From Octopus sinensis (taxonomy: Eukaryota), in NCBI RefSeq assembly GCF_006345805.1, contig NC_042998.1:65410001-65474000 (forward strand): a DNA stretch of 64,000 nt, read 5' to 3'. A program made the position numbers and the translations under genes. Position 1 is the first letter of the stretch. The number at the start of each line of letters is the position of its first letter. The notes below the pieces were generated by a model, which made no database searches, had not been told where the DNA came from, and was given only the letters and a program-made list of their open reading frames with translations. Shown piece by piece: positions 50,481 to 64,000 of this stretch.

Positions 50481-53346
50481 ATAGCTGCACATCAGAGGAC
50501 TACTAACACACAGTAACAGGACAAAAGTCCCGTTCCTGAGAGACTTTGTCGCATGCAATCAAGCCTTATGCATAGCACTCACGGAAACGCATCTGAAACC
50601 GGACATAGCAGATGCGGAATTACACATACCACAGTATGTTGTACTACGGACCGACAGAAAAGAAAGGAGTCATGGAGGAGTTGCTATGTACATCCGTGGG
50701 GACCTCGCACCCCAGGTCCTTTTGTCATACTCAAACTCGGTGTGTGAACCTTAATTGTACACATAAGGCAACTTGATGTAGTTGTGTGTGTGCTACATAT
50801 CGCCCTCCAGATGCCCCAAGTCATATGGGCAAGTTTGAGGACTGCCTTTTAAAAATAGAAGAAGTTCTAATCCCATTAGAACAACAACACATAGTGTACT
50901 TCTCATGGGAGACTTCAATCTACCCAATGTCAGATGGCCCGAGGGCCTTCTCTCCCAGGAATGACAAGATGTGAACGAGGACAGGCGAGGTCCCTCCTGA
51001 ACCTCATCAACACCCTGTACATGGAGCAAGTAATACTCCAACCAACCAGAGCAGTAACACACTGGATCTCTGCTTCACAAATAATATGGATCTCATCCCA
51101 ATGTGAAAGTGACACCGACACTACTCTCGGATCACAACATGGTAGAGCTGACCATGTACGGCCAAAAGAGAGCACGGACATGCAGCCTACAAGAAACCCT
51201 CAGAATCTTTCCAGCTTGAACTTCAATAAGGCAAACTGGAAACAAATTGAGAAAGAGATCCTCAAACAAAACTGGCCTGAATGTCTCTCCTCGCCGGACA
51301 TCGACATGATACTTCAACAATTCATGTCTGTAATGCAAGCCATATGCTACAAATGTGTCCCAGAGAGAAAGGCCACTATACACAAGAACAAAATCCCCAG
51401 AGAGAGGAAAATTTTAATGAGACGGCGTACAAAAATTTCAAATCGCCTAAACAAACAGATTGAAAGCAGTGAAAAGTCCCGCCTGAAAATAAACTGTTGG
51501 AAATTGAAAATTGTCTGCAACTCTCCCATGAGAAGGAAAGAGCAGACAAAGAAGCCTGGGCTATAGACAACATAAAAACTAACCCCAGAGCTTTCTACAG
51601 GTATGCCAAAGAAACAGCTACGGTGCACTGTAGGATAGGGCCACTCCTTGAAAAGGATGGCACACACACAGGAAAACCAATGAGGGTAAGTGAAATACTG
51701 AATGAACAATTCAAGAGTGTTTTCACTCCACCCCTTGGGCATTTCCAAATCAGCAATCCAACTGACTTCTTTACCGCTGCAGATATAGAATCAGAGGCGG
51801 CGACGATAATTTACATCGATATAAAGGAAGACGATGTAATAAAGGCTATAGATGAAATGAAAACAGACTCAGCTATTGGCCCCGATGGATTCCCGGCAAT
51901 CCTCCTAAAAGTATGTAAGAGAGTCCTAGCAAGACCACTGCAGTTCTTCTTTCAGAGCTTCCTTGCAGCTGGCAAACTTCCAAGAAAACTGAAGGAAGGT
52001 AAAATATGCCCTATTCATAAAGGAGGTAGCAGAGCGGAGGCCAAGAACTACAGACCTATCTCTCTGACCTCACACATCAGCAAGGTCATGGAACGAATAG
52101 TCAGAAGGAAACTAATCACCTTCCTTGAAGAAAATGACTTGCTGCCTGACACCCAACATGGTTTCCAACCAGGAAGAAGCTGCTTAACTCAGCTCCTGCA
52201 GCACTATGACTGGGTGCTGAAACAACTGCTCAACCACTCAAATGTGGAAGTCATATATCTCGACTTCGCAAAGGCCTTCGATAAAGTCGATCATGGAATG
52301 ATATGTCACAAACTGCGTGATCTTGGCATAGTTGGAAAACTAGGAGAATGGCTTCATGACTTTCTAAAGAATAGAAGTCAGGTGGTAGCAGCCAATAGGG
52401 CCACTTCCATTAGCACGCAAATATATAAGTGGGCTGAAGAGAATAGCATGCTGTTCAATGCTGGAAAGTTTCAAGCTTTATACTATCAGCATGCAAAACT
52501 GAATGCAATACCCAATGAATACACTGGACCCGGAGGGATTGCAATCCCAGAGGCACAATCAGTGCGTGGCCTGGGTATTCACATGAGTGACGACGCGACC
52601 TTTCATGTACATGTTGCTAAACTGACAATGAAATGTAGACGGCTGGCTGGCTGGATTCTTAGAACCTTTAGAACAAGAGAACAAGAAACCATGATGGTCC
52701 TCTGGAAGACATTTGTCCTAAGCCACTTTGACTATTGCTCTCAGCTATGGTCACCATCCAGTGTCAAGTTGATCACAGAACTTGAGGCGATCCAACGAAG
52801 CTACACGAAGAAGATAGCCTCTGTGCAGCATACGAGCTACTGGGAGAGACTCAAGAGATTAAAGCTCTATTCCCTGGAGCGTAGGCGAGAAAGATATGCC
52901 ATAATATATATCCGGAAGATCCTGGAAGGTCTTGTCCCAGACTTTGGCATCGAGAGTCACACAAATGCCAGAACCGGACGCCACTGCGTAGTACCAAGGA
53001 TACCAAATTTGCCATCAAGATGTAGGACAAGATATTGTGATAGCCTGGGCTTCAGAGGCACACGGCTCTTCAATATCCTCCCGAAGAACCTGAGGGACCT
53101 GCATGGTGTAGATGCGGATGTCTTTAAAGTAGGACTGGATCTCTTCCTGTCAGGTGTCCCGGATGAACCAACTTCACGGCAGGAGGTGCAGATGAGGGCA
53201 GCTGCATCGAACTCTCTCATGCATCAGATGGCGTTTGCTAAAAAGCATCCGTGAGGTAAAACCGTGTAGCAACCAAATGGCGGTGCCCCAGCATGGCCAC
53301 AGCTCATTAGCTGAAACTGGAAAAATCAAAATCAAAATCAAAATCA
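50481..53346 (+). mobile_element. young CR1/L2-type LINE (APE endonuclease + RT), frameshifted, with (CAAAAT)n tail
   Basis: IRGL, IALTETHL, YRPP, MGDFNLP and LSDHNMV (APE); FYRYAK, IGPL, NYRPISLTS, DFAKAFDKVDH and DYCSQLWSP (RT); tail aaaatcaaaatcaaaatcaaaatc. Confidence 0.95.
51497..53254 (+). pseudogene. LINE ORF2 RT segment (585 aa) with an in-frame deletion of the PQG-YADD region
   Basis: ...RSQVVAANRATS is joined directly to ISTQIYKWAEENSMLFN; no SGVPQGS or (Y/F)ADD motif. Confidence 0.88.
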
Positions 53347-53450
53347 TCATATTCATATATATATATATATATTATATATATATATACGTATATTTCATAT
53401 ATATATATATATATAATATATACATATATTTCATATATATATATATACAT

Positions 53451-53490
<40 letters not shown>

Positions 53491-53546
53491 GTTCATATAT
53501 ATATATATACATATATACATATATTGCATATATATATATATTATAT

Positions 53547-53922
53547 TACTCTTTTACTCTTTTACTCTTTTACTTGTTTCAGTCATTTGACTGCGGCCAT
53601 GCTGGAGCACCACCTTTTAGTACTTATTCTATCGGTCTCTTTTTGCCGAACCGCTAAGTGACGGGGACCTAAACACACCAGCATCGGTTGTCAAGCAATG
53701 CTAGGGGGACAAACACAGACACACAAACACACACACATATACATATATATACATATATACGACATGCTTCTTTCAGTTTCCGTCTACCAAATCCACTCAC
53801 AAGGCATTGGTCGGCCCAGGGCTATAGCAGAAGACACTTGCCCAAGATGCCACGCAGTGGGACTGAACCCGCAACCGTGTGGTTGGTTAGCAAGCTACTT
53901 ACCACACAGCCACTCCTGCGCC
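53547..53922 (-). mobile_element. SINE family 1, full length
   Basis: Head ggcgcaggagtggctgtgtggtaagtagc; tail ...ctgaaacaagtaaaag(agtaaaag)n. Confidence 0.92.
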
Positions 53923-54066
53923 TATACATATATTTCATATATAATATATATACATATATAGCATATATATATATATATTGCATATATATATATATATATA
54001 TATATATTTCATATATATATATATATTTCATATATATTATATATATATATATACATATATTGCATA

Positions 54067-54123
<57 letters not shown>

Positions 54124-55110
54124 ATTATATATATATTGTATATATGTATATAAGATTCCTCTATCTTGAGAGCAAGTTCTGATAGTATTTGGATTTCTTC
54201 ATTCCAAGTATAGATTTTATAAACGGTTTTACCGAAACGAGGGTTTTTAAAGTGACTTAAAATTTGGGTATGAATTTGTAAGTTCAAATCAAAAACAAGA
54301 AGAGAGGAAAGAAGGAAAGGTATAGGAAAAGGTATAGAAAAGCGAAAAGAGAGATAATGAAGAAATGATGAGAGGGAAACTGTACTAGTTAGTGGACAGT
54401 CAAGATAAATTGATAGAATTTAAGGGCTGAGGATGATAGAGAAATATATGAGTGTAAAGAGATGAGATGGTAAAGAGTAAAGGAGTGTCAGGTATGTAGT
54501 GATAAAGCCCCGGTGAGGGGCAGAGAGAGGGGGTAGGTGTAGTAATATGGTGGAATGAAGCATTTGGGAATACAGGTTATGTTAGTAAGAGGACATGTCA
54601 ATGTATAGTAGTAGAAGAATATAAATGTGTGATGGTGTATGGACATGCATATATTAAACATGTATATAGATATTTATAGACATCGAGTCCTACACATACA
54701 GCACGTACTCATATGTATATGTACATACGTACACCCATATGCACGTGTATCTGTACGTATTATCACCCCTGCACACGCAGGTATATATTTCTTTTTTCTT
54801 TTCTTTTTCTTCTCTTCCTGTTTTTGATTTGACATTACAAACACATTCCCAACTTTAAACTCACTTATAAAAAACTCTCGATTCAATACCACCGTTTACA
54901 AATTCTATGCTTGGAATGACCAAATCTAAATATTATTGGAATTAACTCACAATATACAGGAATCTTATATATATATATACCATTCTGCTTAAATAATGGA
55001 ACTACAGAGAAAATATCCATGCATGTCTCACGTCTATTTTCATTCCTCCACTTCACTCTCTACTTCATATCCTATCTAGAAAAACTATTGCTTAACCATT
55101 TTCGCACACC

Positions 55111-55152
55111 GCCTCCGATGACGAGACATAAACTATTCTGGAAACAGCTGTA
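55111..55152 (+). ncRNA. decayed hammerhead-like motif
   Basis: CCGATGA-(19 nt)-GAAA-C(AGCT)G-TA; palindromic ACAGCTGT helix III and GUA triplet; helices I and II poorly paired. Confidence 0.35.
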
Positions 55153-55422
55153 AAAAAATATTTGTAAACGTTCTGATATCGTTCACAGTCTTGGATTTTG
55201 ATCTCATTCTGTAAATGTGTGTATATATATATGTGTGTGCGTGTGTGTGTGTGTGTGTGTACATATGTATAATCGCATGATCGCGTAACGTATGAAAGTG
55301 CTTGTTTATTTCCATATTGGAAAATTGTACAAATAGCAAATAATAAAACGTGAAAATCAGACTAAGCTGGAGTTTCATTGATTAATACATGCATACATAC
55401 ATACATATACATACACACACAC

Positions 55423-55459
<37 letters not shown>

Positions 55460-55475
55460 ACACACACACACACAC

Positions 55476-55521
<46 letters not shown>

Positions 55522-57272
55522 TGTCTTTGTATGTGTTTGTGTATGTATGCGTGCTAGGAAATAATTGAAGTCGAATTAAGAATAGGAAATAGGAAGTTTC
55601 TTTTCGTGTCTATGGTCACCAATTTTTATGTCTAACTTTATGAATATATTCATTTCATCGTCCATCTACCATTTCCATCCGTGGTGGCATAAATCTCAGG
55701 GGTGAGACTGTTGTAGTCATGATCACAGGTTTCTGATTTAGCTCCCTGGACAGGGCGATATATTGTGATATTGACATTTGGTCGTTTATTTGCCGGCTCT
55801 AAAAAAGTTTCGAACATGTAAGATACTCTGTAAAGGAGATAATCACTTCTTGATCATTTCATGTCGAGATTAGAAGTTAGAATTTTAACTAAAATGTCAT
55901 TTAAGAAAGTACATAGGTTATCAATATTTAAAATATTTTTTTCTTCTTCTTACTCATTAAAAATATTAAAATTACTTGTCATAGCTAATCAAGTATTTCC
56001 ACACTTTCGCAAGTTTTAAATAGTTATCTTTTTTTTCTTTATTCAACTTCATTTTTACAATATTCCTAACATCAAATTCTAGATGATAATCTGAATTTCA
56101 AAGAAAGATAGCAGACGAAGTTTCCAGGAAAAACTAATATTTTCAGTAAATTTGAAAGTTGCGATCATCGTAGATAACAACACAATCAAATACATAAACA
56201 ACCCCTCCAATTTCATAGAAAAAAAATTCGCAACGTGATCTCGGATAAAATATACATTACATGAGCCGACATCGTTTAGTTGTTTTCTATGAAAACATCT
56301 TGACTGATTGGTGGAAATATATTATGAAAATTGTCTTCAGTAAAACATTTAATTGTTGAAAACAAAGAAGTGGGCGATTCAGGTAGCGGTAGAGAAAAGG
56401 TGGTAAATCGAAGTGAATATTCGATATTGAATAACCTTTGAAATTCTTGTAGAAAGAATGAAGGTAAAAAATTAATCATTCAAAATGTTGTATAATATTT
56501 TAAAGTAATATAATAATGTATGTGTTTTGTAATTAATCTTTGGTATTTTGATTACTATAACCCAAAGAGAACTTCCATATTACCAACTTTATTTTATTTT
56601 CGAAACAAAATCGGAGGACACATAATTGCACAAATTCTGTTATGTTTCACTGCTGAATAAAGAACAAACAAGTTATGTATGGCAGCCAATTGAATAGCGT
56701 TATTGAAACCTCTCATTCATACGTTTTGCATTTCAGATTTCCTTCCTGTTGTTACTTTTATTCTTATTCATCGTTTTCATGTTTTTTTTTGTTGTTGTTG
56801 CTGTTTTCATATTATTTCAGTTAGAACATTTAGAAATAGAAATCAATTACTGTAGTCATATTTCAGCTTAAGTTTTTAATTACTACAATATTTTCTATGC
56901 ATAGAATATTATTTAAATAAAAATTCCTTAAATGTTCAAATATTTTCATTCAGTAAATTCAAGAACAAACTGTGATACAAATAGAAAGCGGAAATAATTT
57001 GTTAGATATGCTGACAATGAAACAATGAATGTCCAATGTAAAAGGATGTAATTTCTTTGTGCTCACAAAAGCACAAAAAGAAACAGCGTCGGCCAACTTT
57101 CGTTATATCCGTTTCTATTTACATATTCTCTCTACTCGTTGCTTTACTTATTTTTGTTTGGCTACTTTTGGTGAAATCATAAGAGTTGTATTCAATTAAA
57201 AATATAAGCAAACATTTGGCATGAATTTAATAATGTAAATCTGTTGATTTAAATATTTTATCAATATTATTT

Positions 57273-57312
<40 letters not shown>

Positions 57313-57360
57313 CGAATGTGTTTCTGGATTAGGAATATAATAAAATATCAATTCAATGTC

Positions 57361-57424
<64 letters not shown>

Positions 57425-58196
57425 CATATTTGCAATATTCGGAAACCGTAAATAGCGATGAATTAATGAAAAATATAAAGTACTCAAGAATCAAAATATC
57501 AATCCATCGAAATCATGTTACAGACCCTGCCCACTGTCATACATCATCCTAAGTCTTCCAGCACTCCATGTTACACAGAGAATATTGTTTGAACGCAGTT
57601 TTAAGTGCAGCGACTTTAGCCTTTTTGTGATGGATACTTTCTGCTCTCATGCATATCCAACTATTCTCCGTAAAAAACACTATGGTTGCAATCGTGATAC
57701 AGAGAATGTAGTTTCTCTCTCACAAGAAATATTTCATGAAATTTCAGGCATATGTTCCTGAATCTTAGTTTACCAGTATTAAGATAATAGGAACTGACTG
57801 AAAAACCATGAGTCTTGATTAGGCGTATTACACATCATATCCTAGTGAACCACATAAACTTCGGCGATTGAAACACATTTAGTTATGAAGTTACATCTAA
57901 TAATGAACTTTGCAATCGAGCGTTCTCCTATTCGTAATATAACAGTTGTCCGTGAATACATTAACAAAACTTAAATAAATATAAATTGCAGCAACGTGAC
58001 ATTTCCAGAAATCCCATGTTGCTCATTACAGCTTATATTGTTCAATAAATGATTGGATATTGCTTCTAATCAACAAAGAACTACATACACTATAGGGTTT
58101 GGAATTAGCGTTATTTGTCGATATCATATACTTCGACCTTGCAGTGGTGAAGTGCATGACACCTGTCAACGGCAACAGGTTATAACTAATTTATAC

Positions 58197-58236
<40 letters not shown>

Positions 58237-58577
58237 CATATAACATTTTATGGAATATGGACAAACATGCATATACGTGCACGCCCTTACATATGGCATA
58301 TCTGAAGTGCATAGCTAGATGCTAGATGTGTAACTACTGCTGTTGAGGTTTGAGATCCTCGTAGATTACCAATGGTACATGTAATGCAGAAGTTCCAAGC
58401 AAACTTCTCGGTGACGAGTATAAAGTGAACAAATGATATCTACTTCTGTTTATCATATCTCGGACCTGTATACCTATATGTATATATGCATGCGTACTCG
58501 TACAACCCACCACAACTGCACACATACACGCACAGGCACACACACACATTCACACGCACATATACATATTAGTAAGG

Positions 58578-59037
<460 letters not shown>

Positions 59038-59234
59038 ATATGTATGTATGTATGTACTGGATTAAGTCATAAAAGATTTCCGTCTTTGGAAAGTAAATTG
59101 TAATGGAACATACCGAACTTCCTATGTTTAAAATTTAAATGGAAACTATCGTTTTCAAACGGCGCTCATCTGTCATTCGTATTTAATCCTTGAAAGTGTG
59201 CACCTCATAGTTTAATATTACATTTCACAAAACG

Positions 59235-59445
59235 ACGGGCTGGCAGAAACGTTAGTACGCCGGGCGAAATATTTAGCGGTAGTTCGTTTGTCTTTACGTC
59301 CTGAGCTCAAATTCCACCGGGGTCGGCTTTGCTTTTCATTCTGTATAAATTAAGTACAAGTAGCGTACTGGGGTCGATGGAAATGACTGGACATTTCCAT
59401 GCAAAATTTCAGGTTTTGTACCAAGAGTAGAAAAGAATATTAAAT
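59235..59445 (+). mobile_element. SINE family 3, tail Y
   Basis: gggctggcagaaacgttagtacgccgggcgaaat...gagtagaaaagaat. Confidence 0.8.
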
Positions 59446-59859
59446 TTCAATCCCCTAAAATGAATGAAGTAGAGGTGCATATTCAACATGTGATATTATG
59501 AGAACAGAAACAGCTAAAAAATATTAGTTTTCAAAAGTTCGTTCCAGAGAATTGTCATTGAGAGATGACGCTCATCACACTTTGGACCAGGACGCTCAGC
59601 AGACTTTCATCATAATTGTTTAAGACACTTAGCGGAATTCAATCCCTATAAAAGTACTTGAGGATTAGCAGTTGCCCTCAAGACATCCCAATCCATCAAA
59701 TGTCACCACTTTGAAAATATAAGAAATGTCACGAAGTTGGTTGTTTGAGTTCCCCGTACTCTTAGTGAGAAGAATAGGGAAGATCATATGTCCATGCGTA
59801 CAAGTCTTCTTTCAAGACATTTCTCAATAATAACATTACAGGTAATGGGAAATAGGTTT

Positions 59860-60420
59860 TCTATGACTATGTTCAATGCAAAAATGCTGTGAACTGGCAA
59901 TAATAGTCCTCTGCAACTTATCCCAAAGACTGAGCTCTGTGGAACGATGGTTATACTATGTGTATGGTAGAATCACCGCAGTTTTGTTCATTTTTGAGTT
60001 TTTAAACCGCAATCAGACGTTAAAACCGATATATAATCTCGACCGCTGCAGCATGTGCATGAAAATATTTTAAGAAAATGCCCTGTATTAATCAATAGGA
60101 GAAACATTTTGCTTCTCTATGATACCGCAAGTCAAACATTAGTAAGAATCATGAAAGATAAACTATTGGATTTGGGCTCGTGTATTCCTCTCAAGCCATC
60201 ATATTCCCTGCACCTTGCACCAACTGATTTCCTTCTTCCTAGCTTTCTACAAAATATTGTGATTGGGGAAAAAGTTCCTCAAGAAAATCAGGTGAAAATG
60301 GATTTGGAAAGATTCTTCATGTCGAGGCTTGCTGAATTTTACTCAAGAGGAATCAAAACGTTACCTGATAAATGGCAAGATGTCATTCAAAATAATAGCA
60401 ACTATACTGATAATTGAAAA
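59860..60420 (+). pseudogene. mariner transposase C-terminal remnant
   Basis: ILCVW, NQT, LINRRNILLLYDTA, PSYSLHLAPTDF, FYSRGIKTLPDKWQDVIQNNSNY. Confidence 0.85.
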
Positions 60421-60746
60421 TAATCCTTTGTAAAAGTTTTTAACAAAATCGGAAATTTTGTTACGACTGAAGCCAAAATGTGCTAACAATGATGATAACG
60501 GAACAAGAAATTAGGCAATAAAGTCCATTAGTACAATTCCCTGTTCTTTTGTCTTCATTTAATTCCATATTACTCCCTGTATTCAACTAACATTTTATTC
60601 TGAATCACTGAATCGTATATATATTGATTTTTAACACCAAGTTATTATTATTGCTATGCCTCAGCAAAATTCTAAAATACATGTATACGAGTACTAGAAA
60701 TAGTACTCTAAAATACATGTGTATATGAGATCTAGAAATAGAAAGT

Positions 60747-60991
60747 TGTTGGTACAGTATTACATATGTTTTGATAATTTTTCCACCTGGATAAATTGTC
60801 GTGTCTTGCTCGACAGTGGTTTATTCCGCATGATAACGACGTACTTCTTCGTCTGCGTGGATGGCCCGAGCGGTATACCTCGCCGACTGACACCACTTGT
60901 GTCTGTTCTCTATTTATTTGTAGTGGAACATCCCACTGTTGTCACTCAGGGGTGTCCCCCATTATATCTTTATAAATCATTAGGGGTTACA
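60747..60991 (-). mobile_element. short solo-LTR-like element
   Basis: Minus strand reads TGTAAC...AAATAAATAG...GGAATAAAC...ACCAACA; no TSD found. Confidence 0.35.
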
Positions 60992-63900
60992 AATCATCCT
61001 TTTGCCACATATTTCAAACTGTTCAGTACATATAGTGCTTCTAATGAGTGCCTCATGAATTCGTTGCCTATATACCATTACACTCTCACATAACCGAATA
61101 CACATTTGTCCAATGTAGTATTTTTTGCATTCACCGAAAGTGACATAAAATCATGTTTCAGGTTTGCATTCATATTTGAAATGATTTTTAAATTATTGTT
61201 GTTTTTAAAGGTGATTATTTATCATTCATCAATGAAATCGAATATTCTCCAAAAGGGTTCACCACATTTTGTACTGTATTGATATCGCCTTTTGTTTCAA
61301 ATCTTGTTTTTGTTAACAAATTTTGAAGGTTAAATGCGTGACGTCTGTTATAAATCATTTCTGATTCTGTTTTTAGTTTGTTCATTTATGAGTACTATTG
61401 ACGGATTGGATGATATCAACAGTACAGCAACATTCAGAATGCCCTAGTTACTTGGGCATGCGATGATAAAGGGAAGGTGTGACTATCCATTTCTTTTGTT
61501 AGATTCTTTTGTTCTGAGTTCTGTAGCTTAGGAGTTCTGTAGATTAGGATTTCTTTCATAATTTTTCTAGAAACATTTTTCATTTTTGCAATATTTTATC
61601 ACTTAATTTTGTGTCTATAATTCTGGTGCAAACACGTTTTGTCAAATACGTTTTACCATATTTTAATCCCCTCTAAGAAGAAATATGTCCTCAAATGTTA
61701 ATGCTTTCGTGTGCTATACTATAGTAAATTTTAATCAGGTACGTACATAATTTAAAAGTGAGTGAAAGATGCATAGCTCTTCGTGATTTTGATCCAAACG
61801 CAAAGCAGTAATCTTACTATAGTTTCTAGTTGTTATGTTTATGTAAATGGAGAATGTTTAGTTAAATGTTTCTAGTAGTTGGGAATAGAATTTGCCTTCT
61901 AGGAAACAACTACAAGTGTTGAGTAAATGGGGGCTATTTTTGTTAGCATCACCGTTCCTTTTATTTGGAAATGGAAGTTATTATCAAAGCAGTGACTACC
62001 TTCAAGTATTAATTTCAATCATTACAAAATTAATGCTTTTCTGAGAATATTTTCTTGATGTGTCTTGGGTTTTTTTTCAAGCAGTAATTCAAGGCTTGAA
62101 TTACCAGTTTATTTAGATTGGTGAGCAGATACAGAAATAGTGTGTAATATAAATGACGTTACTTTTGTGGTTGCAAGTGTGTAATACAAACAGTGTTCCA
62201 CAAAGGAACAACAAGTGGTTATGCGACGTTAAAACAAACAATCTACGGGTAAAAACAAAATAAAAGCAGTCAGGACGGTAAGCCTCCAAGCCAGAATACA
62301 TAAGAGCTATGATCCATGGAAATAAAATCTGAAATTGTTGGGAGGGGTAAAACATAAGGGGAATAATAGAAACAAACAAACTGAAAGATCATTTAAGAGT
62401 AATGTTTTTCTTTCATTGAGCTCCGTCTACTATACGTACATAATGGGTCCAACCTTTCACCTACGCATATATTCATCAGATGTATGGGTAGGTAGGAGGA
62501 TAGATCCAAGCGTATTGGAAATGCTTAAGCCGAAACTAGATGGAAGTAAGGAAAGTTATGTCTGCACTTCAGAGGTACAGTTCAAAACAATTTGGCAAAA
62601 TAAATATCTATGTCAAAAAGCTTTGGGTACATATGTGCGTGTATGTGTGTGCACGTTCGTGTGCGTGCGTGTATGTGTGTGTACGTATTTTATGGAGGTG
62701 TGCGTATTATGACTGTTTTTTCAGCGTTGTTGCATTCAGAATTAAGATTTGCGAATAATGGCATTTATTCGTTCCCTCTTAATACCAGAAATAAGAAAAC
62801 CTTACTTTTTAAACATATTTAATATTAATCATTATGAAGGTTACGAATGTTTCTCTTCCTTCCGATTGAAAATTAATGGGAAAACAATCCATCATTTTTA
62901 CAGTCGTAAAGATTTATGCTATTGATTATATACATTTGTAAGTTTCACTGTGTTTTATCGTAGATTTCTAACATGATTACTAACGGGCTCTGAAAGTATA
63001 GTCGTACAATTCTGATGCTTTGCTAGGTTTGTCTAAATTTTATTCCCTAAAATAGAGATGTTATAATCTATTAAACAAACAGGCGCCCGATATTCGGAAA
63101 GTTGCGTAATGCCGAATTAAATATGTATAATGAAATGAACAAGCATTGGACCTATTTGAATTTATATAACATCTGCCAAACAATTGAAAAGACTTATGGA
63201 TGAAAAAGTGTTATTAATTTTTAAAGGAATACCTGTTAGGTGTGTTGAGAATATAAGAGGGATTGTCATTGGTGATCCTCATTTTTATTGTAGAAAAAAA
63301 ACTGCCGAGAAAAAATTCAACCAACTTGCTTATGGGTATTTCCAGTGTTATATGATCCACTGATTATATTTTGCATTAACGATTGTTCTACTTACATAAT
63401 AATTTCTTAATAAGGCACATACTTAAATACTTCTCTAATGTTTCTAATTGAATTTGTGATACCTACATTTGATAATTAGTTGCATATATATGGTATGAAT
63501 AATTAATCTGAAGCGAAATTTTTCATTCCGCAACAGCATTTTATGTGCCTATAGAGATTTTATGTGCCTATATAGATTTATATATCATGTCGCCTTTTGG
63601 CAACTTAATTGAATTTTTATAGGCTTTAGAAATTAGGTATAATATGAGTAAAAAATAAGGGGTGGGTTAAAATGGAATTCTTTGAGCTGATGCCCTATGC
63701 TCATTATTGCATAAGTATTTCTAATTAGATTCATTATCTCATTACATGATATATTTTAACACAAATACAATGCGCACCATTAAAATCATATTTGTAATTT
63801 AAATATACTTATGTTCTATTGAGAAGGAAGCCTCAATTTGAGGTAGTTTGCTTTCGTGTCGAATGACATAAAATATGCATTGAGAATTTACCAATGTTGT

Positions 63901-64000
63901 TCTTTGTTAAATTAGTGAATGTCGTGAACAAATTCATTACAAGTTTTGTTTTCGTCTTTGCATATTGATTTAAAATCCAACCAGACTCGCTTTACATCTC

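Noticed and set aside
62335-62712. 125-aa ORF
   Set aside because: Non-ATG start, ends in a (TG)n-derived tract, and has no motif or clear splice sites.

Overview
AT-rich, microsatellite-saturated metazoan DNA, most likely intronic or intergenic. The SINE families, (TA)n density and LINE types fit an octopus/cephalopod genome (inference). No complete host gene is evident; there are only a few isolated exon candidates. The window is dominated by mobile elements: about 18 tRNA-derived SINE copies in four families, a young CR1/L2-type LINE (50481-53346) whose RT lacks the catalytic PQG-YADD block, and an older copy of that LINE (17.3-20.0 kb). It also holds an R4/Dong-clade RT fragment, Penelope-like (PLE) remnants, three decayed mariners, a Merlin-like MITE with an 8-bp TSD, a Helitron-like element, solo-LTR candidates and a 1.25-kb foldback. 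The most interesting signal is a set of short, (TA)n-embedded elements carrying minimal type-I hammerhead-ribozyme-like motifs. Several have an atypical CCGANGA core and a palindromic helix III. One 148-bp near-perfect palindrome (12158-12305) encodes such a motif on both strands, next to a tandemly duplicated Penelope GIY-YIG remnant. There is a 100-N assembly gap at 50324-50423. All calls come from reading the sequence by eye; no searches were run.
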